Positions 27,724 through 40,384 of a stretch of 64,000 nucleotides of DNA are shown here, in pieces. The position numbers and the translations under genes were made by a program. Position 1 is the stretch's first letter. Each line of letters opens with the position of its first letter. The DNA comes from Octopus sinensis (taxonomy: Eukaryota), in NCBI RefSeq assembly GCF_006345805.1, contig NC_043014.1, forward strand, positions 17,298,001 through 17,362,000, written 5' to 3'. The notes under the pieces were generated by a model. It saw only the letters and a program-made list of their open reading frames with translations, did no database searches and was not told the origin of the DNA.

Positions 27724-28094
27724 TGTCCATTTCACATATCTTTCAATTTCTGCTCTCTGCAAAGAAAATGTTTATGGATACAGCTGCTTACAAAAATAGG
27801 GATTAATGTATAATTTCTTTCTATCTTCATAACTAAATAAATGTTTTAATGATTAAACAGTGGTCCAATACAATAGCTCTCAGAAACAGACTACGTACAA
27901 ATTCTGTCTTCACAACTCCTGAAGCTGTTTTCTGACAGCGGGAGCGGTGATGATGGAAAGAAATTTTCATATAGCTGGAGGCTCCAATCGAAACAGGGGG
28001 CCCGAAATGAAAGGCTGTTATAGATTATGCCAAGCCGAAAACGATCACACCCACATCATCCAAACAACCGGGTGAAACCAGGCTTAGCTGCTAG
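22960..28094 (+). mobile_element. Helitron 4: near full-length but disrupted RepHel with N-terminal intron and STPR-type repeats
   Basis: ATG at 23000; GT-AG intron 23081-23187; five 23-aa repeats at 23188-23532; CRFC...CC.GGK Zn finger; Rep motifs FIAFTCNSTW, VEWQKQGLPHAHILI and CSKNYP; helicase ORF 25777-27549 (DAPGRTGKT, WDEAAM, FAMTINKVQGQS); 3' ccgggtgaaaccagg...CTAG|T at 28091-28094. Confidence 0.93.
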
Positions 28095-28215
28095 TATACC
28101 TATACTTACACATGTATGTATATGCAAACTTACTGTTAACAAAAGTCGGGATGCGTGACGTTCAGTTATTCCATAAATGTAAAATGTATTAAATACTACA
28201 AAACATACAAAAGAA

Positions 28216-28301
28216 ACTTGCCCAAGGTGCATGCAGTGGGACTTAACCTGGAACCATGTAGTTCGGTGGCATACTTATTAGCGCACATCTACTCCTGCGC
28301 C
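28216..28301 (-). mobile_element. Diverged tRNA-derived SINE head
   Basis: The reverse complement resembles the ggcgtaggagtggctgtgtgg...ggttcagtcccactg head at 14057. Confidence 0.7.
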
Positions 28302-28324
28302 TACACACACACACACATATATAT

Positions 28325-28404
<80 letters not shown>

Positions 28405-28712
28405 TACAATCTTCATCTTAGTTATTTCGCTGTTCACCACCAGAAAGTAAACATTCTCACTGATGATATCCGGACATATAATGCGGGGTTATTTTACATC
28501 TATCATCGCTGAAACGGTGATGATCGAAACCTAACAGCACGATTGAAACAATTGTAGGATTGCTTTATGTTTATGTCATTTGTTGATTCGGTTCCTTTAC
28601 ATCTTAAATATTGTACGTATTACTGTTTTCATCGAGATAAAAAAAATAGCCAAGTATCATCTATATTTCTTCTCTATTTCCTTTTATTAACTATATACAC
28701 ACACATATATAC

Positions 28713-28782
<70 letters not shown>

Positions 28783-28788
<6 letters not shown>

Positions 28789-29231
28789 GAATGGAGTCGA
28801 ACGACGATTTAACAAAATTCCTTTATTCTCGACATATGTTTCGAAGGCTGCATATTTCTAATTTCAAAGGAATAAGGAGTGCATTATGCCGCCTTCTCAT
28901 CAGGAAAAACAAGGAACTTATGTCAGCATCAAGATGAACAAAAACTCTTAGATGACTGCCCACTCGGAGTACATAGCGATAAATAAGCACTCATTATATA
29001 AATAAACACTCATTTTATAAATAAACACTCATTATCGCTATGGACTCCAAGTGGGCAGTCATCTAAGAGTTTTTGTTCATCTTGATGCTGACATAAGTTC
29101 CTTGTCTCTCCTGATGAGAAGACGGCATAATGCACCCCTTATTCCTTCGAAATTAGGAATATGCAGCCTTCGAAACATATGGCGAGAATAAAGGAATTTT
29201 GTTAAATCGTCGTTCAACTCCATTCTTTCAT
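28783..29231. repeat. Imperfect inverted repeat, 199-bp arms; 51-bp spacer containing three ~19-bp direct repeats
   Basis: 28783-28981 vs 29033-29231 (a dozen or so substitutions); spacer taaataa(g/a)cactcatt x3. Confidence 0.93.
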
Positions 29232-29369
29232 TTATTTGTATTAAAAAACACACGAAAGCACGTGATCTCTGCCCTTGGCATGTAGCTTCAACCGTGATTT
29301 TCTGACGTGAATTTGCTACCCAGGTATCGGTTAACCGAATTATCCATACTAGGATAATTCATTCAACTA

Positions 29370-29450
<81 letters not shown>

Positions 29451-29812
29451 CACATATATATACCCACTGTAAAGTGATCATAGGCAATATTTTTTGCTTC
29501 TTATACTGCTTCTTTCAAGAACAGAGATTTTCCAACATATTAGTGTCCTAGTTACACAATCAATGACACTATTTTCTATATATTGCAATCGAAGTAAACT
29601 CCTGACATGCCTGGCGACGGCTACCCACCTCCAAGGAGGTGAAATACAGATCGAAACCTGTGGGGTAGAGTCTTGAAGCTAGGGAAGCAGGTGTTATCTC
29701 CCGATTGCACCAAATATCGAGTGTGAGAAGCGAACTGAATAAATCAACTGATGTGTTCCTCTGGTTAAATGGCAGTATAGTCGTCTCGTAGACGACAGAT
29801 AGATAGACAAAT

Positions 29813-29849
<37 letters not shown>

Positions 29850-29950
29850 ATATAGATATAGATATATATTTACATATATATATATATAAATACACAAATA
29901 CAAGCAGATATATGTATATGAGATACATGTATGCATGTATTAATATTTAT

Positions 29951-30015
<65 letters not shown>

Positions 30016-30037
30016 TATATACATATATATATGCATG

Positions 30038-30632
30038 TACGAGGTCGTTTCAAAATTTCCCGAACGAGCTCTATAGCGCGCAAACAGATGGCTGCATACG
30101 ATTGTATGCGCGGTGGTAGCTAGCAGTGACCTTCATGATGCAGCCTGCTGAGTGACATCGCTCTATATATTTCGCAAGATGTGGCATTTGAACTTTGGTG
30201 ATACTGTAATCTGCGATTTTTGTCATGAACAGGAAATTGGAAGAAATGAAGAAAGTGTAATTTTGCGTTAAAATTGGGAAGTCTTCTACAGAGAGATTGA
30301 GCATGCTTTGGCAAACTTATGGCGGTGAGACAGTGGATCGTACGTAATGTTTCGAGTGTATGGGCGCACGAAAAAATCACAGCTTAATCAAGAGCAAGTT
30401 CATCACTTTTTTCCGACATCCTCGGTATTGTGCATTGGGATTTTTCAGGGCGGACGTTCAGGGAAAATGACCGGATCTGTGATTCGCGAAGTATTGAATT
30501 TTTCACGACAACAATGCACCTATCACCTCACTCGTAAGTTTCTTGCCAAAAACAACATGCTATCGCTTCCGCACCTGCCCTATTCGTCAGATTTACCACC
30601 TGCTGACTTACATCTGTTCCTCAAGATGAAAA
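30038..30632 (+). mobile_element. mariner (Tc1/mariner) deletion remnant
   Basis: TIR-like tacgaggtcgtttcaaaa; HLPYSSDLPPADLHLFLKMK matches the canonical mariner PYSPDLAPxDF motif. Confidence 0.8.
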
Positions 30633-30639
30633 ATCTATA

Positions 30640-31322
30640 TAACTATATAAGCATTTTTAGAGAGTTATAGCCAAAAAATAGCAAAAAAATGCATTAAAAA
30701 TTGAAAAAAAATTAAGGTAAATTTTTTTTTAAATCGTTGACACATCGTAGATATTTTTAGAGAGTTACTTTCCTTATATAAAAGCGAAAAAAATGCATTA
30801 AAATGGAAAAATATGATGGTAATTTTTTTTAAATCGTAGACTCATCGTAGACGCGCACTAATACCCAGAAGGGCTCGATATGAATCACGACTATAAGATA
30901 CCCGCTTTTGGTTAAACTGCACCGCAAAATGTGGGAGTAGTTACGAATCTAAATCGTAGGAGACAGACACACAACTTCACTCTTATATAAAGATGCTTTT
31001 TTTTTTCAGTCATAGAGTTAGATTTATGAAGGTCTTCAGTAGAAAATCCTTCGAATTCTGACTCGCTGCTTGATATAATGAAATTCGTATCCATATTTTG
31101 TCAGAATTACAAATTTTGAAAACACAATAGGAACAAATTTCGGAAAAAAATCTCCCATAATTCACGGAATTAAAATTACACTTCGATTTTGTACAAAACT
31201 GTATTTGAAGTGTTTACGAAGTATAATACGTGTTTTCACGAATGTACTAAAGAGATTTACTCTGATATTCTCATTTAAATATGAATAGGTAAATTCGGGC
31301 GGTTTGGTAACGAAAGGGTTAA
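30640..31322. mobile_element. piggyBac-like non-autonomous element (one end visible)
   Basis: Ends ...ggtaacgaaaggg|ttaa (CCC terminus plus TTAA target on the minus strand); the other end was not found. Confidence 0.5.
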
Positions 31323-31929
31323 ACGGATGCATACATTTATTAATAACTATATATAAGTGTCGTCTGTTTATACATAAACACTGTTTCATACTTTCAGTTT
31401 AGTCTTCCTCAAATCACTCTGTCGCTATTTACTCTCTTCCAAGAACATTTTCACTCACTCTTATCTCTTAGCTTGCCATACATTTTACTCATGTATCTAT
31501 CAGCGTGATAGACAGAAACAAATATTACATCGCCATCGCCATCGCCATCGCATTCTATTGTCTACCTGTCAACAAACACACAGTGAATTAGTTTCACTTT
31601 ATTCGTTGCACACTGTGTGTGTGCGTTTGCGTGTGCTGTAAACCAGACTAAGAAAAGCATTTGACATACACACCAGAATGTGAGTTATCTGTAAATTTTG
31701 CTTAATTGGAGTTTAAATTTTAAAAACTGGACCTGGCATGACCCGATGCATTCTACTCTTAAAAATGCTAGGTAAATTGTAATTGAAGAAATCCTATATT
31801 GTAGATTTCTATAAGTGACAAAGGGAGGCAGATAAAATCTGCCTTTTATAATAAGAGATATCTCGACCAGGAACTTTATATATACGACGGGTTTCCTTCA
31901 GCTACCGTGTACCCAATTAATTAACATAC

Positions 31930-32014
31930 TCGGGTTTGTTCGGTTGGAGACCAGAGTACACACAGAGGGACAGAATACAGAAGCAAAATTGTTATCACAC
32001 AGCCATACCAACGC
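31930..32014 (-). CDS. Candidate exon D of the LRR gene (ALVWLCDNNFASVFCPSVCTLVSNRTNP)
   Basis: Good donor A|gtatgt; weak acceptor after (TG)n; phase 0 start fits the end of exon C; three Cys. Confidence 0.3.
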
Positions 32015-32657
32015 CTACGCGTATGCACACACACACACACACACACACGCACACACACGCACGCACACACACACACACTCACAATACACACACCCACACA
32101 CACACGCAAACACACACACACGCATAAATGAGGGAAATGGGAAATGGATTTTACGAGATTCGTTAATCATTACTGCCGTTTCAACCCGTCTTCAATCGGC
32201 CCCTCAGGGATGAGATAATGGTCGATTGGCCGCGGTGCATCTTTCTTTGCAGATGTTTCTCATCAGTCGACATTTCAAAAAGTTCTCTGCTCAATAAACT
32301 CGGTTTCACTTGGTTCGATTATAATGTATTTCGTTAGTTAATAATAATAATGATAAGAAGAAGAAGAAAAGGAAAAAAAAAAGAAGTAGAAGAAGAAGAA
32401 AAAGTAATAAAAGAAGTAGTAGTAGTAGTAGAAAAAGAAGAAGAAGAAGAAGAAGAAGAAGAACAACAACAACAACAACAACAATAATAACAACGAAGAA
32501 GTCGGTGATGAATAAAAAGTAATATAAGTAGCAAAAAAACAGACAAGATGGACAAGCAAAACAATAACAAGAAAATTTGGGAATGAGGATAGAAATGATA
32601 ATAAAAATATATCAACATAAGTAAAATTATCAGACATACACACAGACACAAACGTAC

Positions 32658-32787
32658 GAGGGACACAGCAGACGTTGTTTTATGTTGTGGACGACTAGCT
32701 ACATTAACATCCTTCCGAAAGAAATTGAAACGGCATACGCAGCCATCACACTGGACAGTTTGACCAAATTGCCCCAGCTGTAGCTCA
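32658..32787 (-). CDS. Candidate Cys-rich exon C of the LRR gene (ELQLGQFGQTVQCDGCVCRFNFFRKDVNVASRPQHKTTSAVSL)
   Basis: Strong acceptor ttttctatttgtacag, donor gtacgt, phase-2 start in frame with exon B, and a CxxCxC motif. Confidence 0.45.
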
Positions 32788-33200
32788 CTGTACAAATAGA
32801 AAATGACGACTACCAACTTCAGCACGTCATGTAATTGTAGAGTTTAAAATAACTCATGTTATTGAATCAGTATCTCAAAAATGTGAGGATGAATATATAA
32901 GTTCTTTTCTTGAAGTGAGTATAACTCTGCATAATATATATTTCATAATATACCCACCTATAGACACAAATACAAACATAGATATTCACGTGCAATTGTA
33001 CACTCATACACAAAATGTTAGACATTAATGCAGACACATAGAGACACAAACAATCATAGACACCTTCATAAACACTCTAACATGAAAATAGTAGCAGAAT
33101 ATAAGTTAGAGATAGAGAGAGAAAAAGGAAGATGAGAAGACATTCAGTTCCTAGAAAAAATTCATAAATAAAATAATATCAAAAAACTTAACCAACTTAC

Positions 33201-33272
33201 AAGAAGCTTAAACTTGGAAGGTTTTGAAAGGATCCTTGTGGGATGGTTCTGATCTGATTCTCTCTGAGAATT
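33201..33272 (-). CDS. Exon B: 72-bp single leucine-rich repeat (L-ILRENQIRTIPQGSFQNLPSLSF-x)
   Basis: Acceptor gttttatgtttcag, donor gtaagt, exactly 72 bp, phase 2-2; matches the typical 24-aa LRR consensus LxLxxNxIxxIxxxxFxxLxxLxxL. Confidence 0.92.
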
Positions 33273-33379
33273 CTGAAACATAAAACACGGGTCAAAAGAA
33301 AGAGTATTAAAAAGATTTCTGATAAAATATTAAATCTTGTAGTTTTAGAATCATATTAAGAAAAAGAGGACGGTGAAGG

Positions 33380-33735
33380 AGAGAATGGCAGAAATGATGT
33401 TGATGATGATGATGATGAGGGGGAGGAGGATGGCGATGTTGATTGTAAATGTTGTAATAAGGACGGGGAGAAGGAAAAATGATGATGATTATTATCGAAA
33501 ACGATGACAAACGCTACTGATTAATTGGTGATGACGACGTTGATTATTATGATGTTCATAACGAAGGTGATGGTGATTCTGCATGCTAGAAATAGCAGAG
33601 TAAATGGTGGAAGGAAATAGTTATGATGACAAGATAAATTATAACGATTAGTGAATACGAAAATATGATTAGCAGAAGGACTATGAATATGATAGCGATG
33701 AAGATGATACTGATGATGATGATGATGATGATGAC

Positions 33736-33789
<54 letters not shown>

Positions 33790-34130
33790 AAATTAGAAAT
33801 TGATAAGACTAACGAGAAAGGTGAAGGAAAATAAATCATAGAACGTATAAATATAGAGAAGAAGAAGAAGAAGTAGAAGAAGAAGAAGCAAAAATGATTC
33901 ATGAAAAGAGGAGAAAGCAGTTGATTAAAAGCAGAAGAACCAGAAAATGATGAACAAGATGAATGAAGAGAAAAATTTATGATGAATACGATAAATGCAG
34001 GAAAAGAAGATATATTAAGACAAGAAAAATAAGGTGGAATATCAGAATGGGGAAACAAGTGGGAATAAAAGAATATAAATACAAATACGCCGAAAATTGA
34101 CTTAATCGTCAATAACCGTATAATTTAGCA
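33380..34130. repeat. (GAT)n/(AAG)n compound microsatellite; a similar tract lies at 32335-32640
   Basis: Directly visible triplet runs. Confidence 0.9.
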
Positions 34131-34654
34131 CTATAAGCACGCGTCCCAAAAGCAAGCCGGTAGAAATTTCCAAAAACATTTCGTTATTATCGGACCGGTC
34201 CCAATTTCTGAGTTAATTCATTTAGAATTTTCTCCTCATCAGCGATAAATACGATCAGAAAATAAATGACCCACACACTTATACCCATTTAACCTTTAAA
34301 GTCATTTTTTAAATATTCTGGCCATTCATAACATTTTTCCCAAAATTTTATCCTATATTAGATATAAATTTAATACTATTCACTTCCGGACTCTCTCACT
34401 CTATGAGAATTTTCAATCCGGTCACACGTTGAAAATAACGCATCTGATGTGCCACGCATGTTGCGAAATTTCGTCTTTACGTGGCTCTACAACCTATCTA
34501 CCGAGTTCGTGTGGACCGTAGGATCGTTGGGGGTCTACAAAATGAGCAGGTAAGAACAAATATGCAAGGCCTCTTTTTTCTTCAAGTTTAAAATTCGACA
34601 TTGTTGGCATATTTTCGTTATATCTATATTCCACACCACATAAATACAGAACAG

Positions 34655-34711
<57 letters not shown>

Positions 34712-34949
34712 AACAAACAAACAAACAAGAACAAATATGCTCGTGCACACAGACAAGAACAAGCACGCACATACACACACACAAACACACACAAAGAAGA
34801 AGTACATACACGCAGACAGAGGAACAAGCACGCACGTACAACCCATTACCTTTCTTCTCCAATTTCATGAGAGTTGACCACGTGCTTTTCAGCTTTTCAT
34901 GGAAACAGTCGAATTGAAGTGTTTTGATTTTTTCGAGTCATATCGAAGG

Positions 34950-36900
34950 AATGCCATATCATTTATAAAACTTTTTTTAAATATATACATATTTTATGGA
35001 TGTAGTAGTTTCCAACGAGTAATCGCTAATTACATTGTGACAAAGGGGGTTTCGCCAATTCGGATGCTTGAAAAATAAGAATGAGTCTAGAGAGTGGAAC
35101 AAGGGAGGTAACAAATGGCAAGGGAGACAACTAACTCCTCACTATAACTTTTGAAATGGTCAAGTTTGTGTATGAAGGTGTTGCCTGGATTTTTGTATGA
35201 ACAGGTTTTCCTTATTTAGCCATTCTTGTAAAAAGATTAGAAACTTTGCATTGGTATAATGGAAAGATATGGAAATTCGGCGTTTTATTTCTTGCGCATC
35301 TGTGGATATGTTCGCTCATATACTGAGGAGTTAGTTGTCTCCCTTGCCATTTGTTACCTCCTTTGTTCCACTCTCTAGACTCATTCTTATTTTTCAAGCA
35401 TCTGAATTGGCGAAACCCCCTTGTCACACTTGTATTGATGAAAACTAATCTGTTCTTTATGTAGCATGACTCTTCATCTCAAAGTAAGGCTCGTTTGGCC
35501 CACATAATTGTGGCCACAATCTGAGCAGGTTAGGACCTATATGAACTTTCGCTCCAAACATTTGGACCCCTGTTCCACCAGTATATAAGAGAAAACTGGA
35601 AAAGGTACCTAGACGATTGTTTTATCATCTGGAATGAAACCTATGATAAACTCCTGGATGTCAAATCCACGCTGAACAATATAAACTCCAATATTCTATT
35701 TACAATGGAATATAGCAAGAAATATTTCCCATTTCTGGACATTTTGATTATAACAAAATCCAACAACCAAATTGCAACTGAGATCTACTACGAACCAACA
35801 GGCTCAAAACAGTATCTCCTTTTTAGTTCATGCCATCCTAAATACACCAAAAGGAATATCCCATTCAATTTAGCTAAAAGGATTTGTATAATTGTATCTG
35901 ACACAACCACTCGGCAACTTCGCCTACAAGACCTCAAAATAACACTCATTAAACGACAATACCCACCTGCACTTATAGACCATGGAATTGAACGTGCCAA
36001 GAAATTGGATACAAGCAAATTTAGGACCACAACACAGAACACCACACCTCACTTTAAATCACTCCCATACATGTCAACCTACAACTTCAGAAACAATGAA
36101 GCATACAACACAATTGTACAAAATATCCCTCTGCTCACTCAAGACCCAACAATGAACAACATCCTAAATACACACAAACTCCTCAAATGCAAAAGACAAC
36201 ACAAATCACTCAAGAGACTCCTAACAAATGCAAAACTATACCCAATACATACGATACCAACAGTTCAAAAATGCAGACGACCTAATTGTGGTACATGCCC
36301 ATACCTAACTGAAGTCTCCGAATTCACATTCCGGCAAGGAGAAATATTCTCAATTAAGACCAACTTCACATGTGCTTCCCAGAAACTTATCTATGTCCTA
36401 ATCTGCTCAATTGTTTATGTGGGCCAAACGAGCCTTACTTTGAAACGAAGAGTCACGCTACATAAAGAACAGAATCGTTTTCCTCAATACAGGCAGATAG
36501 CCCTGGGCGATCATATCGACAAATGCGCAAGAAATAGAAAGCCAAATTTCCATATCTTTCCATTATACCAGTGCAAAGATTCAATCTCCTTACAAGAACG
36601 GCTAAACAAGAAAAACTGTTCATAGAAAAGTACAGATAACTCCTTACTTACAAACTTGACCACTTCAAAAGTTATACTGAGGTGTTAGTTGTCTTTCTAG
36701 CCATTTGTTACCTCCCTTGGTCCATTCTCTAAATTCATTCATATTTTTCAAGTATCCAGAATGGCAAGACCCCTTGTCACAAGAATTGATTACTTCACAA
36801 TGTCCCTTCAAAAGCTAGTTTAAATAGCGAAAACGGTTGAATATCACTACATCCATACAATATGTATATATTTTTTTTAATTACTTATAAAAATGTATTA
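34950..36900 (+). mobile_element. Penelope-like element, 5'-truncated, with inverted 5' terminal repeat
   Basis: ORF 35705-36625: RT C-terminus (FPFLDI, YLLFSSCHP) plus GIY-YIG (CRRPNCGTC, LIYVLIC..VYVGQT). A ~110-bp terminal block occurs at 35036-35146 (inverted), 35319-35428 and 36673-36781. Confidence 0.9.
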
Positions 36901-37031
36901 AATTATGTGAAACGAAGGCATTTCTCTTCTACTTTTTATATATGTTTTCCACATATTTTCAACTCATAATTTTGCAACGTGGTGTATACTGAATCTTTAG
37001 TGTTTTTGCTCCTTTTATATATTTTAGTATA

Positions 37032-38990
37032 TGACTTGATCAAAGTAATAACGTCTCTCATTTCAGGAATTGATCCCGGGATATTATGATCATCAGCTGA
37101 ACATCCAAACATGTATGTCGTATATCTTCATACACACTCCACCACACTATCTTTTTGAGATACTCCGAGCAGAAATTGAAATCAAGTCCTCATATGCGAC
37201 AACAAGCTATAGAAGAGTACCTCTCTATTAAAGCATAACTCCTGTTTTATGCCATGGATGGGAACCTGTACAGTCAAATTATCTCAGATCAGCTTAAACA
37301 AGCAAAACATAATTTAAATTTTAATCTATTGGGTGACGCCAAATTCTCAGAAGTGGGACAAGAGACTGTAAAAGATTACTTCTTCATGGATTACACAACC
37401 CAACTGGTATTTTGTTGAATTCAAATGTGGAATCCATTTTTTAGGATTACGTCTAGAGTTCAAGATACCCAAACCTCACAATTTTCACTATTTTCCTCAT
37501 ATTTCAAGTAAATATATTGTAAAATTTAGCATGAATGCCTATGGATTATTTTGTTAAAGGTCCGGGGTACACATCGGGCAATGAAATAATGGCCGCGGCG
37601 AGCATTAGTTCCAGAGCCATTAAATGTGAATGAATAGACTTTAGTTCAGCCAGAAAAAAAGTCATCCAAATTCCACTTCTTATCAAGGCAGATTAGAATT
37701 GCATATGGTGGCGGGTTTTTGAGGTTCAGCACTAATGACAATCATCCAAACGCAAACTCATTAAAAAATAAGGCATGAATAATGGCGTGAATTGTCTGTA
37801 GAGATTTAGAGATATTTGCTAGTTTTTCAGTAGAATTTCAAAAAATCCTTCGAGTTTTGACGACAATACAATTTCCATGTATATTAAGTACGTTCCTCAT
37901 AAGGTGGTTTATGGAAAAAACTCAAAACAAAACAAAGAAATTCTGTGGATGTAATATCTTAAAATCCTGACATGATCGTATTAAATCGAGGTCCTTTTCG
38001 GATTCTGTGTGTCAAAAGACTCCCAATTCATCTCCAGTTATTTCGTTGGCTTGGCAAGATTTCCAAAGTATTGTCTTGAATAAAGTTCAACTTATTTATA
38101 CACCAATAATATACAAATCTTTGAATTGTGACAGCCATAAAAATTTCATATTTACTTTTGATTAGGAGGAAAGGCACCCTTCAAGAGGCCGAATCTAGTC
38201 AGGAGAAAAGATAGTATTTTTTTTACTAAAGACCTGATCAGAATGTTTAAGATAATATGGACTTAACTAAAGGCACTCAAAGTACCAGGTGGTGGATTTC
38301 AACCGAGATGTGGTTTAAGATTACCATTCAAAGAGGCCATTATAATAGAGACATTAGAGACAGAGAAAGGATAAATAATACCCGTGGGCCTGGTGTTGAA
38401 ATACGGCCATTAGTAAAGGACTGAAAATTAGCCAAGTGTTCCTCTCAGTGTTACTTGAAACGTTAGCCTTGGCTCACTTGTCATTGAAAATGCTGGGCAT
38501 TATTAGCAACAAGGATCTTTAGCCAAAAGATATCTCAGTCCCAAACTACTGCTAACCGTTTACAATGCTCACATGATGCCCACAATAAAGAAATCTTTCT
38601 ACATGTAGGACGGTGCTACCCATAGACTTCCGGGATTACATCTACAGAAGGTCAACGTGGCTATATGGTACTCTATCCCTAATAGATACGCTCAAATATC
38701 TCTTTTACAAACGGGATATCTTCTCTCTGCACATCTTGTCTGCCGCTCTTATATTATGGACTCTTCTTTTAGGACCTGAATAACCTTTTGTCCCCAGCAA
38801 TCAGATACTACAGACTCAGTCGTCTATGCCTTTGCTCCTCGCCCTTAAACCTCATTACGTTTTCAGGACTAACCACTATGCTAAATACTTCATCCCCTTG
38901 ACAGTAACCCTCTCCATCATTTCTGCAAATGTTGACCTGCAGCAACTTAAGTGGAGTATTAATGGTATCTATCTCACCCGTACTGGAGAT
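37032..38990 (+). mobile_element. Highly degenerate CR1/L2/Jockey-group LINE ORF2, copy B
   Basis: ELIPGY, LLGD (APE GDFN remnant), KAD, AWQDFQSIVLNK linker, VDFN and LLTVYNAHMMPTIKK; shares its start and RT-core deletion with copy A. Confidence 0.7.
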
Positions 38991-40384
38991 CTGGCAGGGG
39001 TTATAGAATCTGTCAGAGCCTTTCTCTAAAATCGGAAAAATAAAACGTGTGAGATTTTAACTCAAATGACAAACAACTGGACAAAATACTGCAAGGTGTT
39101 TTATGCGACGTCCTTATAATTGCATTAATTTATTCTTTTGTAATAGTTCTATATTGATCTGGAAATGTATGAGGTAAGGTTGACCCCGGCGAGATTTGAA
39201 GTTAGGTTGCCAAGTGTCAGAACAAATACCGCAAAATATTCTATTCGATGGTCAAAAGATTTCATTCAATTCGCGCTCAAATTAGGAATGAGGAAAATAT
39301 CTAACCTATGAAATAGAACATTGACTTTGCTATTCAACATCTTGAGACATACGAGCGGTTGGTCAAACTTTTCCAAATTTGTCGAGAAATAGATCTGATC
39401 GAATTAATCGATCCAATTTAGTATTGGAATATTCGATCAAAACTGGAAGTTTAAAGTGATTAATGTAATGATGCAAGCCATTTAATTGGAAATAACCACC
39501 TAGAACATAGATTATTTGTTAAGGCTGTAATGAGCATCTAATAATAATTCTGCTTCTTCCTCCGTCAGTTATTTACTTAGTGCGTCTGTAACACTGTCAG
39601 GAGATGAGTTGAAGGAAAAGGCAAAGAGCAAGAGAAAATGAGGGAGAAAGAAGAAGTAGAGGGAAAAAGTGTGTAAGGTGAAGAGCGAGAGAAAAACATG
39701 GTGAAAGACAGGGAGGGAGAGAGAAAAAGAGATCGAGAGAAAAATAAGAAAGAAACTGGGGAAAGAGAATGACATACGGTAGGGGTAACGTAGTGTAGTG
39801 TAGCAAGTCATAAACCTTTATCGGCGGTAATCTGATGTTGTGGTCATGTTGGCCGAATAGGTATGATTATTAGTTTCCCATTGGTTAAAATTACTGCCTA
39901 TATTTGAATTCTAACTTTCACGAAATACGGTTCTTTAGAATTCAGGTATGAGCAGTTATAAAAACCCTGATTTGGGGGATATTAATCAGTGTTCGTTGGT
40001 TCTCACTCAATTCCGAGACACTCACTCTCTCTTGAGATATTGGCTATTGCCATGTCAAGTCTTTTATCTAATTCAACAAGGCTATTTTGAATTGTTGTTT
40101 AAAACTCTTGTAGCTTAGTTATGGAAGAATTTGTTAATATAAATTTTATGTCGTAACTCTACGACAATCTTCTTTTGACTTTTAAAAATGCACTGTAAAT
40201 ATTAAATGTGCGTAAATAAACTAATTTAGTAAATCATTTCTTTTTCTTCGTTTTCTTCAACCTGTTGAGGAAGTTTATTCTGTAACTATGAAACTGTTAT
40301 TATAGCAGTGAAAAGGAGCAAACTTTATTATCTTCAACATACATGCACGTTCAGCGTCGGTGTGTATAATTCACCACAGCGTTT

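Noticed and set aside
29620-29790. Possible LRR-like exon (DLFSSLLTLDIWCN)
   Set aside because: No convincing acceptor, and the spacing does not fit a 24-aa LRR; left unassigned.
37780-38100. Minus-strand LRR/TLR-like snippets (LNIHGNCI, LNFIQDNTLEILP) in the duplicated block
   Set aside because: Multiple stops; the + strand carries ordered LINE APE, linker and thumb motifs that explain the region better.
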